Position numbers and translations under genes: made by a program. Under the pieces are notes generated by a model, which had not been told where the DNA came from, made no database searches, and saw only the letters and a program-made list of their open reading frames with translations. From Malassezia furfur (taxonomy: Eukaryota), in assembly GCA_052055015.1 (NCBI GenBank), contig JBQJIT010000089.1: 32,075 nt of DNA. One strand, 5' to 3'. Numbering within the stretch: position 1 is the stretch's first letter; each line of letters opens with the position of its first letter. This document shows, piece by piece, positions 29,981 to 32,075 of this stretch.

Positions 29981-30039
29981 GGAGGCGGAAACGGAAGACC
30001 CACGTGACGCCCCGCGCGCGCGACGCGGTGGAGGGCGTC

Positions 30040-32075
30040 ATGATCGCCGAGGCGTGGGCGGCCGCCGAGCGCGCGTGCCGCGCCGAGCATGCCGCCGGCG
30101 TGGACGAAGTAGGTGTCTCGCTCACCCAGGCATGGGCGTGTGTGGAGCGCACATTTGATCCGAGTGCGCCGGCATCGGCGGACGTGCGCGAGAGTGGTAC
30201 GTCGTCCACTCACGCAGCGTCGGTGCAGCACGCCGTGGACCAGGTCCACACGCACCTCGACGGCCTCGACGCATGGTACTTGGATGCATGCGACCGGGTG
30301 TTTGCTGACTTCTGCCATGAGATGCTTGCGCCGCTGCACGAGGCAGGCGCGCACGACGCCGTGCCGGGTGCCATCGACGCGTGCTATACGTGGATGTGCA
30401 CGCGGCACGCGCTGCTTGGTACCGACCGCGGCGAGCTGGGCGTTCCCGGTGCAAGCGCCGCTTTTCTGCTGCAGTGCCAGACGAACTTTACACTCGCGAT
30501 GCGCCCCGCGGCACTCGAGACGCTCGCAGCCTACTTTGCGCACGGACTGTCAAGTGCGCACAACCACATTGTCGCCGACGCCGAATGCATCCAGGTGGCC
30601 GCGCAGCTGCGTGCACTTGGGCTCGCGACCTACGTGCAGGGAGTCTTGACAACCACCGCGACGCAGTTCCTCGAGGCCGCCGTGCGCCGCGAGACGCACG
30701 GCGCGGCGGCGCACGCATTGGAACATGCGGCGTTCCCCCGGATGCACGACCTGCTGCAGACGCAGCTTGTGCCTGCGCTCGAGGCGCTGCTCGAGGCACG
30801 CCCCGGCGGCGTACACCTCATGGACGAGCCGCTGCGCGATGCGTGGGACACGAGCGTTTCCCACGTGCACGACGATGCGCTGCATGCGAACCCCGAGCAG
30901 GCGTCGCTGTACCTGCGCCTCGAGTACCGGCTCTCGCGCGCGCTGGGCCACGCGCGGTACGTGTTCCCCTGACGCAGCCTTGCGCAGCTGTTTGACATTG
31001 TCGGCACCTACCCACGGAGCCGCGCGGCGCTGAGCGATCTGATGGTACGCCGCATCCTCACCCAGGTGTGGCTCGAAAAGTCGGACGAGCGTGTGGCTGT
31101 CGCCGACGTGTTCCTGGCGACGCTGCATGCGCGCCTGCTGCACCCCGGCGTGGACACGCACGCGATCTTGGTGTACTACGTCAATATTGTGTACGCGCTG
31201 CGGCTCGTCGATACCTCGGGCGTGATTCTGTCCAAGGTGCTGCCGCCCGTGCAGCGGTACCTGCGTACGCGTCCCGACATCATCCCCGCGGTCGTCAATG
31301 CGCTGCTGGGCGACGATGACGCATTTGCGCTGCTGCGCATGGAGCTCGCGAGTGCGACCGCCTCGCTAAGCCGCAGCGCACGGCTCCAGGAGGACGATGC
31401 GGCGCAGGCGCGGCCCGAGTACTGGATGGATCCGACGTGGACGCCGCGTCCGGTCGATGCAGGCCCCGAGTACAGCCAGATGCGCACGCGCGACGTGATC
31501 GACTTGCTGGTGTCCATTTTTGACGACCACAATGGGTTCATCCATGCGCTCGAGGAGCATACCGCGCAGCAGCTCGTGCGCACGCAGGACTACGATACGA
31601 CGCGCGTGGTACGTCTACCCACTGATACAGCAACGCAACAACGATATCTTCAAGCGGCGATTTGGCGAGAGCAGTTTGCACCACTGCGACGTGATGCTCG
31701 CCGACATTGCCGCGTCACAGACGAGCGACGCGGCATTCCACGCGGCGCGCGACGCGGCGCTGCACCGGACGCCCGCGCCTGCCGTGCACGCGCTGGTCAT
31801 CTCGCGCCAATTCTGGCCGGACATTGATACGCGCGCGTTTACGCTGCCGCGGCGCATGGCCGAGGCGCTCGAGGCGTATGCGGCACACTATGCCGCGGCG
31901 CAGCGCAAGCGGCGCGTCAAGTGGCTGCCGTACCTCGGCACGGTCGACGTCGAGGTCGAGATGAACGACGGGCGGCGCGTGCGTGCGTCGGTGATGCCGG
32001 TCGAGGCGGCGGTCGCCGAGCTCGTCGCGGGGATGGGCGTGCCCGCCGAGGCGGCCGAGGCGGCGGCCGTGGTCG
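30040..32075 (+). CDS. APC2: Anaphase-promoting complex subunit 2 (cullin-like), 3' end outside the window
   Basis: LFDIVGTYP, RLLHPGVDT..IL..Y, LRLVDTSGVIL...YLRTRPD, WTPRPVDAGP, RFGESSLHHCDVMLADI, VISRQFWP. Introns 30957-30977, 31045-31065 and 31609-31630, plus probable in-frame 21-nt introns 30109-30129 and 30197-30217. Confidence 0.93.

Noticed and set aside
29978..29981. CATG palindrome giving a plus-strand ATG (29979) overlapping the fusion gene's ATG, as a possible APC2 start
   Set aside because: It is out of frame with APC2 and no intron signature restores the frame; ATG 30040 is preferred.
2869..31630. Programmed frameshifting, stop readthrough or an alternative genetic code to explain the many broken ORFs
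   Set aside because: Nearly every break is resolved by a GT...CTVAY...AG intron that restores conserved motifs under the standard code; only the RRM gene remains ambiguous.

Overview
Compact, intron-containing fungal (basidiomycete yeast, Malassezia-like by inference) chromosomal segment with 19 protein-coding genes and intergenic gaps mostly under 190 nt. In order: LIM-C1-RhoGAP, SRR1-domain protein, DMT/EamA transporter, TRM2, CofD/UPF0052 protein, a degenerate PUB1/TIA-1-like RRM gene, dynactin p24/Ro10-like protein, PSF2, TVP38-like protein, holocytochrome c synthase, RPC82, a SAP-domain disordered protein, HSF1, TBP, OXA1, vezatin-like protein, RSC9, a MAT2B/RmlD-PX-BAR (Vps5) fusion and APC2 (runs off the right end). 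Manual splicing gives 42 predicted GT-AG introns with a floor of 21 nt and a median of 23 nt, plus micro-exons of 12-23 nt that carry conserved or catalytic motifs. Best leads: the intronless MAT2B-like SDR::Vps5 sorting-nexin fusion, the ultra-short intron architecture, an LEA-like repeat insertion in Oxa1, a broad GC trough (about 7-15 kb) containing a broken RRM gene (possible centromere relic), and recurring CACGTG and TKASTCAGC motifs in the tiny intergenic gaps. No tRNA, rRNA, CRISPR array or transposon was seen. All family calls come from motif recognition, not database searches.
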